Source: Cycas panzhihuaensis (taxonomy: Eukaryota > Plantae > Cycadophyta). Taken from it: 64,000 bases of DNA. The notes under the pieces were generated by a model. It saw nothing but the letters and a program-made list of their open reading frames with translations. It had not been told where the DNA came from and ran no database searches. Location: NCBI GenBank assembly GCA_023213395.1, contig CM041465.1:223827741-223891740 (forward strand), given 5' to 3'. The position numbers and the translations under genes are program-made. Every line of letters begins with the position of its first letter. Position 1 is the stretch's first letter. Shown piece after piece: positions 51,479 through 64,000 of the stretch.

Positions 51479-51655
51479 CTTTTATTTCAACATTGAGTTC
51501 ACTTAGGCTATAAAAGTAACTCAAGTTAGTATATAGTTAAGTCAGTTTTTAATTTTAATGTCAAGTTCACTTAAGTTAGAGAAATGACACCAACTACTTT
51601 TCTATTTTGATGTTAAGTTCACTTATGTTATAAAAATAACTCAAATTAGTAGTTT
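51479..51655. repeat. Three degenerate copies of a ~55-65 bp unit
   Basis: The core (a/g)agttcactta(g/a/t)g recurs at about 51496, 51563 and 51615 with shared flanks. Confidence 0.6.
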
Positions 51656-52269
51656 ATATGTCGACTAGAAAAGTGTAACCTTTATTCTATTTAGGTAGAT
51701 GCTATAATTTTCTATATTAAGCTAATTTCTTTCCAAGATTTATAACCTCCCCTTAACTCGTAATACCTCAAACATTTTTAAAATAGAAGGAAATACTCAT
51801 ATATTTTTATAAATCCTTAGCATTAATATAAGACCTATAATTTTTCACATATCATCTCTTTGAGTCTTTTCTTATTATTATAGTTTACTCATCTATGTTA
51901 AGTCTCAGTACCAATCTATATTCAATCTTATTTTAGCTTTATGCAGTTTAGTCAACACTCAAAAGTAGGATGTAATATCTAAGGAATCTAGGATAGTCCC
52001 AAAATGTATTAAGGATGTAATACGAAAGAATATGATGGGATGAAATAGATGTAAGAATAGTTCACTTAGAAACTTCCCATGGGTATTTTATTTATAATTT
52101 TTATCCTTTTTTACTCATTTCTTTACTATTATACTATTATATTCCTCCTTTATATTTCTTATTTGTTATAGATTACATAACTCTCCCTTATAATGATGCA
52201 TTAGTTTGCATTAGAACCTACAATTATAATCTTCATATATCTCCTAATTTTATTTTCTTCCACTCTCTA

Positions 52270-54096
52270 TAAGTTATAATGCCTTAATGGGAAGAAGCTA
52301 GAGAAGGCATTAGAATATCTTTAGATCCATATTAACTATTTTTGGATGCACTATGATAAAAACATAGATACAAATATAAACATTATAGGAGCAGGGTTAA
52401 ACCTATACATAGCTTATGAATAACATGATGTTAATATTTTAATAGATGATGATATATCAAGCCAGTCTCTAGGGATTCTCCATAATGATTACTCTCTGCC
52501 AACCATTGTTTAGGCTAGATACATAGATCACCATCCCCTAGTTTAATAGCGACATCAATACTAAGATATTAGAAGGTTAGATTTATAACCTAGAGGTATA
52601 CTTAAATTGTTGATAACTCACTAATGAATAGAATATTTAAGTGGAAAAACTCTATATAAATGAGTTGGTATTAATGTGATGGCAAACTTATACAAACCAC
52701 CATGCACCAGTCACCTCATGACATACTTTCAAATAATCCTCTATGATCAATTTTATCCTATTAAACATAATGATGATAATGATAAGATATGGTTGCACCT
52801 TCGATAATAAGATAGATAAATATTCAATAGTATACCAACACTTTCCATAAGATGGTCATAATGGTGGAAGCAATAATTAAGAGTGTACATTGATGATTAA
52901 GATTATAGATCATCTTTTTCCCTCTTTGTAGTAAGAGGTTAACCTCCTCATGACCAACTCTTTAGACTAAGCCTATTAGTATGCACTAAAAATTAAGATC
53001 CAAGTCTATAGAAGGTAACCCTAAAGATCATAGGAATAGTTCTAGTTATATCAAAGATAACTCTTCTATTAAAGAAGGGATACTTTTAAAGTATACCCCA
53101 CTTGACCTCAATAATAGATTACTATAATAACTCCTCCAACCTTAGGATGTAACATCCCAATAATAAATGGAAAAGGTCCTAGCAATTATTATAAATACTA
53201 CAAATCCTTTGGGTATTCTAATAAGGAATGTTTAAACCAAAATAGATAACTTAAGGCCAGAATCTTAGTAGTAGAAGTTGTAGGTGCATTTGGTACCCTA
53301 GTTGAAGACTCTACATTATTGTGACTAACTATATTGTGACCAACTAACACATGATGCTTATGTCCAAGAATTATTCAACCCTTAAAAGAGAGGCCTTATT
53401 CACCTAAAATTACTAAGTTAAAGATTGAATTTTACTTTGTATTAATGATAATAGTATTATAAAAAATAGTATCTAATTAATTAGTTATAAGCCTTGGGCT
53501 CCCTACAAACCCCACTTAAATCCTTACAACTTTAGTTGGATTAAAAGGAATGGACCACAAAATTAGGTAGATTAAATTTATAATTTAACCTTTACAATTA
53601 ACCTTTTCATAGATACACTCACATCTAATATGATGCCCATGGATTATTGCAAGTTCTTATTGGTCTACCCTTTGTAATATGATAGGTAAGCAACTTATGA
53701 TAGATTTAAAAACATGTGAATACTACATAAAGGTTGACAAGATTATAAGCTCATATCATTGGCCACTTAGGTTACTATTATGATAGGTTCACAAGGCAAT
53801 TGGGTTACGAGTTCTACCAAGGAGGGTACTATTTTATTTATTAGATATATGGAGGAGATATCAGTGCTTAGATTAGATGCCATTTATCAAAAGATGTAAT
53901 AACTATTAGATGATTACTCAAATATCTTTAAGATGCCCAAGGGACTCCCTCTTACTTAAGTAGTCCAGCATAGTATTAACTTACTCTAAGGAGACACCTT
54001 GTCTAATGGGATATTATATAAAACTTTAACTTTTAAGGGAGAAGAACTAGACTGCCATCTTATGGAGCTTGCTAAAGAAGTCTAGATTTATCTAAG
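52270..54096 (+). mobile_element. Decayed Ty3/Gypsy (CRM-like) gag-protease-RT start, interrupted at 54097
   Basis: LGLPTNP.LNPYNFSWI-like protease flank at ~53490-53545, PKGLP and HSINLL motifs before RT. Confidence 0.6.
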
Positions 54097-57000
54097 TGAG
54101 AAAATAGCTATAGGATCTAATATCTACGTGCAACCATCAATAAACCATTGCAAACTATTAAAATATTAAAATAATCAAGCACAAATAAGCATATGAGAGA
54201 GACAAATGTTCACAGGTAAATTTGTTGCACCATGAGGCTCAAATCCAGTAAAACTTCTACATTACAAATGGGGCTTAATTTATAAGCATACCACCAATGT
54301 TTATATTAATATTATTTGCTGAACTATTGGCACAAATGATGGACCTAACATATTTATAAATTATAATTCAATTACAAATAGGGATAACCTATAGTAAACA
54401 AATATATACATATACACACATGTTACATGGTAATGAAGGTGACATTATAAATTTTAACACCCTCCCTTAATAATAATTTCATCATATTTGATGTCAAGTT
54501 CTTGTCAAAATCATTCAAACTTTGGTTTGCTAAGTGCTTTGATAAAGATATATATAATATGGTCCTTAGTTGGTCAACGAACTTAGTCCATGAAGTCATT
54601 ATGAGGTTGCTCCAAGAGAACTACTTTCATAAGATTTCCATTCAAGAAGAATCTCTTTAATACCACATAAGCTTTATAATGCTTAATAGGGCCATTAGCA
54701 TGAAATCTTGCTTTATAGAGCCATTCACAATCAATTATCTTTTTCCCAAGTGGCAATTCTATTAACTCCTAAGTTTTATTTTTGAGAATGGAGTTCATCT
54801 CTTCATCCATGGTTGCTTTCTACATTTGGTCTTTGATTGCCTCCTTAAATATGGAAGGCTTAGGAATTTCTAAGACACATTCCATTAGGGCAAAATTGTT
54901 AGAGTGTCTCATATTTGATGTCCTTTTGGTAGTTGTGGGAGGAGGAGGAACATCGATTAATAATTATTAAACCCACTTAGAAGGTGGTTAAATACTGGTG
55001 GCTTCCACCTAAAGTTTATTAATTAAAATATATGCTAAATAGGTGCTTGCATTTGATGTGGTTGTTGAAGCTATTAGGGCTAAAGATGAACCTAGTGTAT
55101 AAGAGGATGTAGGTGTTGATGGATCTAGAATTAATGCAAGAGGCACTTGAGGTGCATGGATATCTTCTACTATATATTAAAGTTTTGACATATCCAAGTC
55201 ATGAGTATCTTCAGTAAAAATAACGTCCTGAGTAATGTAGGCTTGGTTACCAACAATGTCAAATACCTTCTATACTTTGTAACTAGGTACATACCCAAGG
55301 AAGATGTACTTAAGGCTCTTATCATCTAGCTTCTTTCTGTTCTCCTTTGGAATGAGTTTGTATATCATGCATCCAAATGGTTTTAAATGTATAATTCTTG
55401 GTTTAAGTCATGTATAAATCTCTTTAGAAGTAATGTTCTTAACAACAACTGTAGGACTTCAATTTGTGAGATAGTTAATTGTTGTGATGGCATCAACCAA
55501 AAATCTTATAGAAAGTTTGGCTCTGCTCAACATAGTTTTAGCTTTATTCACTAATATTTGGTTCATTCTTTTGGCTACAGCATTTTATTGAGTTGTATGA
55601 GGTATTAAGAACTGGCATTTGATGCCATGCTATTTACAAAAATTGGTGAATTGATTTGAGATATATTTGACACCATTGGGTCTTGATGGTCATACTACTC
55701 TCATTTTCTACCTCAACTTTGAACTCCTTAAATTTATCTAGGGCTTGGTACTTATTTCTTAGGAAGTAAACCCACACTTTCCTAGAATAATCATCTATAA
55801 ATATCATGAAATATAGGCTACCATTTAGTGATTATATTGACATAGACCCACAAATATCTAAGTGGGTTAACTCTAGTGGTTAGGAAGCTCTCCATGCATT
55901 CTTAGATAAAAATTTTTCTTTTTATTATTTTCCCATAAAGCATGCCTCATAAATGCATCTGTTTCTCTTTATCTTGGGAATTCCATATACCATATAAAGC
56001 TTGGACATGAGTTTTACACTCTATATATTCATGTGACTTAGGTATTAATGCCATAACTGGTCTCTAGCATTATTTGAGATAGCTTTCTCATGAGTATAGG
56101 AACATTCACCTAGTTCTTGGACATAAGGTTGGTCCTCTACCATGATCTCCTTACCTTTATCAAGTTGGGTACTTTAAGCCATTAAGCATGATTTTTTTGG
56201 TGGATTAGTAGCTAAAGGAACACCATTAAGCTTGTATAAGCCATTGTCTTCATGTCCTATTACTATAAGTTATCTAGTTACATGATCTACAATGGTATAA
56301 ATACCTTAAGTAAAGAGGACATCTAAATTTTGCTTATCAATTTAGCTAATTCAAAGTAGATTCATTTTCATACTTGAAACTAAAAATACATTATTAATGT
56401 GATGCCTTATTTTGGAGTCTTTCAAAGCTATTAAGACCCTTCCAATTTTAGTCACAGTATATGTCAGGTTATTACCAGATGTGATTATTTGTATGTTAAT
56501 TGGATAGGTTTCCTCTAATATATCTTCTGTGATAATCATATGGTGAGTGGCATCTAAGTCAAGTAGCTAAGAGTTATCATCGTGTTTAGATGACAATGTT
56601 AGAAAGAAAAGGTTTTGGGAGGAGGTATCTTGGGTGTTTGTCATATGGCCTCCTTGCTAAGTGTTGGGGTTTATCCTTTGATTCCTAAGTGGGAACCACA
56701 ACCTGTTATATTGTTGTTAATTCTAATTAGATCTTTGGTTCCAATTCTATTAATAGAATTGGCCTAGTTGTTGATATAATGGCCCTCCTTATCGATAGAT
56801 AAGGCCTCCTTATTGTGAAGTAGGGCCTCCTTATTAAAAGTAAGGGGCTCCTAATTAAAGAATATGGCCTTCTTATTATAGATAAGGGGCCCTTTATTGA
56901 GGGCTTGGTCCACTTTATTAATAACTTAGTCCATGTTATTGATAGTTTTGTCCATCTTGTTGAAAGTTGGGTACTCCTTACTGATAATATAGGGCTCCTT

Positions 57001-57678
57001 ATTGATAGTATGGGGTTACTTTTTAGAAATTAGATTTAAAAGGTTCTCTCCCTTAATTTTATAATATTTGGAGATCAACATATATTCTTATATATTTAAT
57101 AGTAAGGTGACTAGTTTTTCCATAGTATAAGCATGTGATATTGGTTCTATTCTATTGAATCTTTTTACTTAAGGTTGTGATGGTTGATGGAGCTGTTGAG
57201 GTTATTGACCTTAATAGGAGGAAGTGCTAACTTGATGTGGCTACTATTGAGTTGGTGGGTAACTTATCTCTTATAAGATATTCAAGGAGAACAATTATTG
57301 AGTAAGACTTTATAGTTGATTGGGCTAGTGAGTTAGTTGTTGTGTAGTCTTGTCCCTCTTTGAGTTTTGGGCTATAAATACATGGGCTAAGTCAGAGGTA
57401 GATGTTAGCCCTTATTACTTGAGAATATTTTCTTCTCTTAGCAGGAGTCCCTCAAAGGTGATAAAGTCTATTTTAGTATAATTATCATGGAGTTTGGAAA
57501 CAAAACTATGGTATTCTATTGGGAGGATATTAAGAATGTTGGATATAAGTTCATGGTTTGATGGAGGTTCTCCAAGGATTATTAGTTGATTTCTAATTAT
57601 CTTAACTTTAGTTAAATGAGTAATAACATTTTTAACTGATCTAGGAGGATCTACATTATGTCTATAAGAAGTAGAAAA
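54097..57678 (-). mobile_element. Ty1/Copia element (3' LTR to mid-gag), RT largely deleted, interrupted at 57679
   Basis: 3' LTR at 54097-54459, PPT at 54460-54468. RT N-terminus is joined almost directly to the RNase H end at ~54560-54620. Integrase (DICGSM, FIDDYSRKVWVYF), protease (LDLDATHHM), zinc knuckle ~57085-57140, UBN2 ORF 57415-57696. Confidence 0.9.
56741..57013 (-). repeat. 13 x 21-bp in-frame tandem repeat encoding PxYQQGG-like heptapeptides in Copia Gag
   Basis: Manual translation with TAA/TAG read as CAA/CAG: PYYQQGA LYYQQGV PNFQQDG QNYQQHG LSYQQSG PSPQQRA PYLQQEG HILQLGA PYFQQGG PTSQQGG LIYRQGG PLYQQLG QFYQQNW. Confidence 0.85.
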
Positions 57679-59596
57679 TGTTAGGCGTTGGCACAACTAA
57701 AAGAAATAAGGCCAAATAGTGTCAAAATAATGTGAATTTTTAAGGGAAAGAAGAAGACACATCCCACTATATGTGTGAAAGAGGTGGGATTCAAAAATAT
57801 CATTTGACTAGATGGCAAGCCTTATTTTGTAGAAAACAACTCTTATGGCTAATAAAAAAATAATAAGTATATACTATAAATAATACCTAAATAAGCTAAA
57901 ATTTTGAGGACATAAATGGGACATATATATCTATATGTGTACCAAATTTTAGCTTAATTAAAGGTTGTTAGCTTTAGGTACCAAGCTATAAATTTTTAAA
58001 CTTATATAAATGCCACTTGGGCAACATACATTTTGGTTATTGATGATTGGACTTACTTGAATGCCACTTGGAAAACATGCATTTTGGTTGTTGATATATT
58101 CCTTTCTATAAATTGATCTCTCTTAAGCTTATTTTCTATGTTGGGGACTTGGTTCTTATGTGTGGAAGACGCTTGACTTGGGAGAAACATTGAGGTAGCA
58201 CTTGGAAAGAGTTGGAGACCATAGAGGAGATAAATTTTCAACACTTCAACCATCTATTTTGGAGAGTAGGAGTTTTATTGAAGGAGTCCTAGGAATATGG
58301 AGGTCTCTTGGGTATTGTAGTATCATTTCTTCATTATAACTTGCCTATTCTTTACTAGGTTTTTTTATCCACCATTAAATGAAGGTTATTCTAGCTTAAT
58401 AAAAGTATTATTCTTCTTACCTTGGAGTAATGACAAGTATGTAAAAGTTGGTATAGAGTATACTTTTTATGGGCTCATTCTTTTATTAATATTATTAAAA
58501 ATTTTACACTAACACCCTATGATCTCAAGGAAAAATATTAGTAATTAATTTCTTCACCAATCACACTCCACTTTAGGATTACATTTTTGGTATTAGAGCA
58601 TGTGATCTTTGTTGTAGGGACTTAAATAGTATAAATAAAGAAAGGATATTAAGAGAAAGGAGAAGCTTTTCTTGCATTGTAATCAACAAGAAGACAAAGA
58701 AAGAATCCAAGCACCATGGCTAAAAAAGAAGATGGAGAAATTAGATTTAAGAAGCTTGAGAAGAATATAGAAGTTTTGATGTAAATGATGACCCAAGTTC
58801 TACCTCTAGTCAAGGGCAAAGGCAAAGAGAAGGAAGTTGAAGAAGAATCCACAGATGACCACAACCATGAAGAAGAAAAGGAGGACACCTTAAAGCACTC
58901 ATTTGAATAAAGCAAGGGTACTTCATCTCATCAACCCTTTAAGGTAGAGGCAAAGTTGGATATTCCAACTTATGATGGAGAGATAAGTATTGAAAAGTTA
59001 GACCATTAGTTGGATCAACTTGAGATCTACTTCACAATTTATACTTATAGTAATGCTCAAAAGCTTTCATTTTCTAGGCTTAAGTTATGCAAACATGCAT
59101 TAATATGGTGAAATGTATATTTGAAGACTTATTATATATCTTCTTTTTTTTGGATAGATTTTAAGAAAGTAATAAAAAAACAATATTACCCCATAGGTCA
59201 TGAGAAAGATCAATGGGTCACTTGGCAATATTTAGAACAAGGGAGAGGTGTATGTGTCCAAGATTATATTTCTTTATTTTTCAAGCATGGCATGTTACTT
59301 AGTATTAATATGGATGAATATAGCACTCTTATGAAATTCATTAGAGGATTACATGATTGCATAAGAAAGGAATTAAGGCTTTTTAAGGTTCAATCCATTA
59401 GAGAAGAAAATAAAATGGCTATTGCAATAGAAAGGTAAAGCAAGATACCTGCATTCATATCTAAAGATTCTATTTTTACATCTAATAAGTATGAAAAGAA
59501 TATTAAATTACACTCATCTAAAATATAAGAAGGAAAGAAGAAAAGAATTGGTTTTGTTTAAAATTCTAACTATTGTAAGCATTGTGATTTTAGTGG
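57679..59596 (+). mobile_element. Ty3/Gypsy (CRM-like) 5' LTR, PBS and gag, interrupted in the zinc knuckle
   Basis: LTR at ~57679-58583 (TG...CA), PBS tggtattagagc at 58588-58599, gag from 58716 (PFKVEAKLDIPTYDGEI, ORF 59121-59438), YCKHCDFSG then the insertion. Confidence 0.85.
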
Positions 59597-62500
59597 TGTT
59601 AAAAATATCACCCAACTAATGTAAATATAAAATAATTTGATGTGCAAACCTTATAATTTTTATATTTTTGGGCTGCTAGATGTAAAGGACATTTGAATAT
59701 TTTGGTCTTATAGATCTATATATATCTAAAGACCATTTATACTTTATATACTTTTGGTTCCAATGTAATCTATGTTCTGCTATGGGTTTTCCCATGAAAT
59801 TTCCTTATGTACTTATTTCTATGATTGGTGTATATATAAACAATTTGCTAGGCTTTGTTTTTAACATGGTATCAAAGCTTATGGTTGTACATTATCACCG
59901 GATGAGCCACATAGTGTTGTGATCGTATGTAAATCTTCTATTTGGCTTCATTGTTTGGTTGTTAGAGCATGTCGATACATGGAGCTATGTAGAGAATCAG
60001 TGCAACCCTATTATCGATTGCACTAGATGTTTACAGAGAGAATTGAAGTTAAATCCACCTTGAAGAAGCTGCATATGCCATGTGATATCCCATCTAATCT
60101 CTCTTAAAGGTATTTTACTTTGTTTTTTCATTTCTCTTCCTCTATTATTCTCTAAGAGCTATTCTACTTACCTCTGTACTCTCATATCTATTTTACATTC
60201 TTACACCATGATAAAAGCCTGAAGGTTACTGTAAAAAGATTGAATGCTTTGTGGTCAGTTATATTTCCTTCTGAGTTTGCTTATAGCCATCAAACCTGAA
60301 GTATCTTGGCTACTCACTATGATTTTATATCATCCTTTGTTATCTTCTTTTACTGCACCTCTCTTGTTGCCTTTGAAGTCTACTTTGAGTAGTTAGTTTT
60401 ACTACTTGATATATATCGAAGAGTTGTATATAACCCTAATAAAAAACTTTATACTCTTGTCATTGCCCAACTATATAAACCTCTATCTCTCAACTTTCTA
60501 CAAATATAAAGCCATCCATTTTAAATCTCATATGTACTACCATAGCATTATATTTAGTTAACTGCATCTGTATTATCTTGATTGCTAGAAGATGTTTAAT
60601 CTCTTTTATCAATCTATTGTCGTAGTTGCCTCTTCAACAATCTCGCAACCAATATCATTTCTCCTAGCCACCATTGTAAAGTGTGATTAATGTGATCTAA
60701 TCTTATGTATTCAATGCTACAGTTTAATACTTTATTTAATTACATCTTCACGTATTAAATCATTGCATCTCAATACATGCATTCAGTGCATGTTCATTCG
60801 CTCTCTCATTGTGGCTTAACATATTGATGTGTTTTGTGACATTATTGAAGTGGTGCAACTTCGAGCCTTGACTTAATTTTTTAATAAAGGTTTTGAATTT
60901 ACCTTTATAAGTTAATAAAGTATTTTTTTAATGAGGCTTGATCTTATATTGAAGAGGATTTAATCATGGTCTTGATCGACTGGTTGAGGTCTATTGTCAT
61001 ATATAGAGAAGTGATTTCTTTCATTAAATAAGAGGCTATTTAATGACTATTATTTGAGGTTGTATCTGGGTGATAATAAAGGCATTTGATACATTGACTA
61101 CATTAGTTTAGAAGTGTATTATGTTATGATTAATTATAATCAAACTTGAGGTCTTTCAGTCCAAAGTGATTCTTTTTTTAAATTCATTTAGCTTAATCAA
61201 TCTTGAATTGCATGTTGAGTGCTTAAACAAGTCTGCTATTTAAGAGGAATTGCTTGGTAAAGGTCAATTTTGAGTTATTTTTTCACTTTTTAATGCCATG
61301 GAGAAGCTATCCCCATTAGTTACCTTAAATGGGAATAATTTTAATGAGTGGAAGGCACACATGGAGCTTGTTTTAATGGTAAACCATATTTAGGGAATCA
61401 CCAGGTCACCTTTATTAAGCTTGTCTTTAGATGAAAAAGATCATGTACGTGTTGAGGAGAGACAAGTCATGGTTGTTGGTTTACTCAAGTTGTCTTTGGC
61501 CCTTGATCAAAGAGCTTTAGTATATAATCTTGAATCCCCACATAAAATTTGGACTAAACTGTGTAAAACATTTGAGAAGAAGAAGACTAATGGTCATGTT
61601 GCTCTCATGATGGAATTATTGAATGAAAAACTAGAAGATGAGAATAACATTAGTACCTTCTTGAACAAGATTACTGATTTAAGAAATAGATTGGATGAGA
61701 TGAAATCAAACTCAATAGATAATGCTTTATTATTTTCTATTATCATGTCTAAGCTACCAACTGCATTTGCCACCTTTTTAATTATTTATCGTAGTGATGA
61801 AGCTATGGAAGATGAGTCTTTTAAGTCCCTAAAAAATCTAATCTTAGCTAAAGATGCCAAATTAAAGCATCATGGGATGCTTGGTGGATCTGTTATAAAT
61901 CAAGCCTTGGTAATGACGACACAAAAGAAGGATATAGTCCATGAAAGTAAATTTACATAGAAGATTGGTGAGACCTATTGAGAGAAGAAAAAATTCATGG
62001 CTATGTGTAATTACTATAAGAAAGATATTCACAGAGAAAGAAACTATTAGATCAAGAAATGGGATAAGTGCAAGATAAACCGAGATGAGAAATAGAAGAG
62101 TGTAGCTGCACATTGTATTCAGGTTTCAACAATGTCATTTGAAAAGAAAGACTATTGGATCCTAGATTTAGGTGCTAAAACATACATCATTTATTAAAAG
62201 CCTAATTTTGATGCCATGGATGCAAGTGTAATTGATACTAATGTGATTATTGGAGATGTCAGTGTTTTTCCTATAGAAGGTATTGGAACCATTTCACTTA
62301 TAGGTGGAAAATTTAATGGTGTTTATTACGTGCCCCAAATGAAGCTAAATCTTATTTCGGCCTAGGAAATCTATAAGCAAGGTATGAAAATTAAGCTCTA
62401 TAATGATAGATGCCTAGTTAAAGATCTAAAGAAAAATTACTCTATTGTTGCTACTGGGAAAGTATAGGATAACTTTTGGGTGTTTGAGACATTTAAAGCC

Positions 62501-64000
62501 TAATAGGACTCTTATATATTCATTGCTGGTGCTGATGATATGAGTAAGTTGTGGCATGAAAGACTAAATATGGGAGCATTAACCTAATAAATTGATTGAA
62601 AATGGTAATTGGTTCGCCTCATATTTAATGTTCAAAGAGTGCTTGTGAAGGATATATATATGGAAAACATCATCGTTATCCTTTTGCTAAAAATAGTGCT
62701 TGGAGGGTAAAAGAGAAATTAGAACTTATCCATACATATTTGATGGGTCCATTACCTAATCCTTCTATTTCTGGAGCTCACTATGTTCTTGTGTTTGTGG
62801 ATGATTTTAGTAGAAAAATCTAGGTATTCTTTTTAAAGAATAAGTTTGATGTATTTAATAGATTTTGTGAATGAAAAGCTTATGTTGAGAATGAATGTGG
62901 TATGAAGATTAAGATTTTAAGAAGCGATAATGGAAAGGAGTATGATAATAATGCCTTTCACCGTTCTACATTACTTATGGTATCAAGTGGGAGTTAACTA
63001 TCCCATATACCCCATAGAAAAATGGTGTATGGTAAGAATTTGCCTCCCAAGTTTAGGGAAGAAGATGTGGTGATAGTCATTCACATATTGAATAGGATAC
63101 CTAATATGGCTATTCGTGGTATAACCCCCAAAGAATGTTGAACTGGTCAGAAACCTTCCATTAACTATTTTAAGGTATTTGAGTGTATTGCCTATGTACA
63201 CGTCCCAGACAAAAATAAAAAGAAGTTGGATCACAAGAGTTTAAAGTGTATTTTTGTGGGGTACTATCAAGAGAGTAAGGCTTATAGACTTTGGGATCAA
63301 TAGGGGAAGAAATTTTTGATTAATCGAGATGTTAAGTTTGATGACTCTATGATGTATCATGTTGATAGAACATCTAAAGATACATTCTATCCTCTACTTC
63401 TACCTTTTCTGAGCCATGATTCAGTAGGTTTACAGGTACATGAGCCTAGTACTCAGATTGAGATAGAAGTAAAACCTAGTGGAAGTTATATAGAGGAGCC
63501 ATTATAAGATGAAACATGGTCTACACCCCATGTTCTACTATGGGCAATGAGAACTATTAAAGACTTTGGTGTGATAGTTGAGAATCTAGAAGATGGTTGA
63601 AGAATTTAGTGATGAACACCAATGATTCCAATGACTTTATTTCATTTGAAGAAGCAAAAGATGATTCGTAATGGAAATTTGCAATAGAGAAAGAATTTAG
63701 TTCTCTTATAAAGAATGATACATGTAATTTAGTTCTATTACCTCCCTCCAAAAACCTAGTTGGTTACAAGTGGGTCTACAAGGTAAAGTATCATTCCAAT
63801 TATGAAGTAGATAAATATAAGGCTAGACTTATAGCTTAGGATTTTAAATAGAAAGAAGGAATCAATTATAAGGAGACTTTTACACTGGTCTCTAAGATTT
63901 CAATAGTCTGATTGATCCTTTGTTTAGTAGCTACATTTGGTTGGAAGTTACATCAAATAGACATAAATTCTGTATTCCTTTATGGAGTTTTGAAAGAGGA
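59597..64000 (+). mobile_element. Ty1/Copia element, 5' part, running off the window
   Basis: LTR at 59597-59866 (TGTTAA...TTAACA), PBS tggtatcaaagc at 59867-59878, gag ATG at 61298 (LNGNNFNEWK; UBN2 ORF 61421-61960), protease WILDLGA, integrase FVDDFSRK, RT WVYKVK...HQIDINSVFL. Confidence 0.93.

Noticed and set aside
51971-52177. TGTAAT...ATTACA segment as an LTR
   Set aside because: No PBS, TSD or partner LTR was identified.
56741-57013. CRISPR-like array
   Set aside because: These are contiguous in-frame 21-bp coding repeats with no spacers and no cas genes, in eukaryotic context.
444-63751. The many short 60-110 aa ORFs on strands opposite to TE genes or in AT-rich DNA
   Set aside because: They are antisense shadows of retroelement frames or chance ORFs with no recognisable motifs.

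Overview
AT-rich, CpG-depleted plant heterochromatin, most likely from a large-genome gymnosperm (inference). Almost the whole window is decayed, nested Ty1/Copia and Ty3/Gypsy LTR retrotransposons, and no intact host gene was found. Three things stand out. (1) Two non-autonomous, Copia-derived LTR elements (827-4302 on +, 18539-23240 on -) have LTRs, PBS, PPT and 5-bp TSDs. Their interiors are strings of intronless, sense-oriented host mRNA fragments: GDAP2 + GBSS + eIF1/SUI1 in the first, and G-type lectin RK + LRR-RK + a glycine-rich RNA-binding (RRM) protein in the second. The two elements share LTR-start and PBS-adjacent sequence. (2) A Gypsy derivative at 46632-48349 has INVERTED LTRs yet sits in a direct 5-bp TSD. 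(3) A Copia Gag carries a 13-copy PxYQQGG heptapeptide, prion-like repeat. All identifications come from manual translation and remembered family motifs, with no database searches. Coordinates of decayed parts are approximate.
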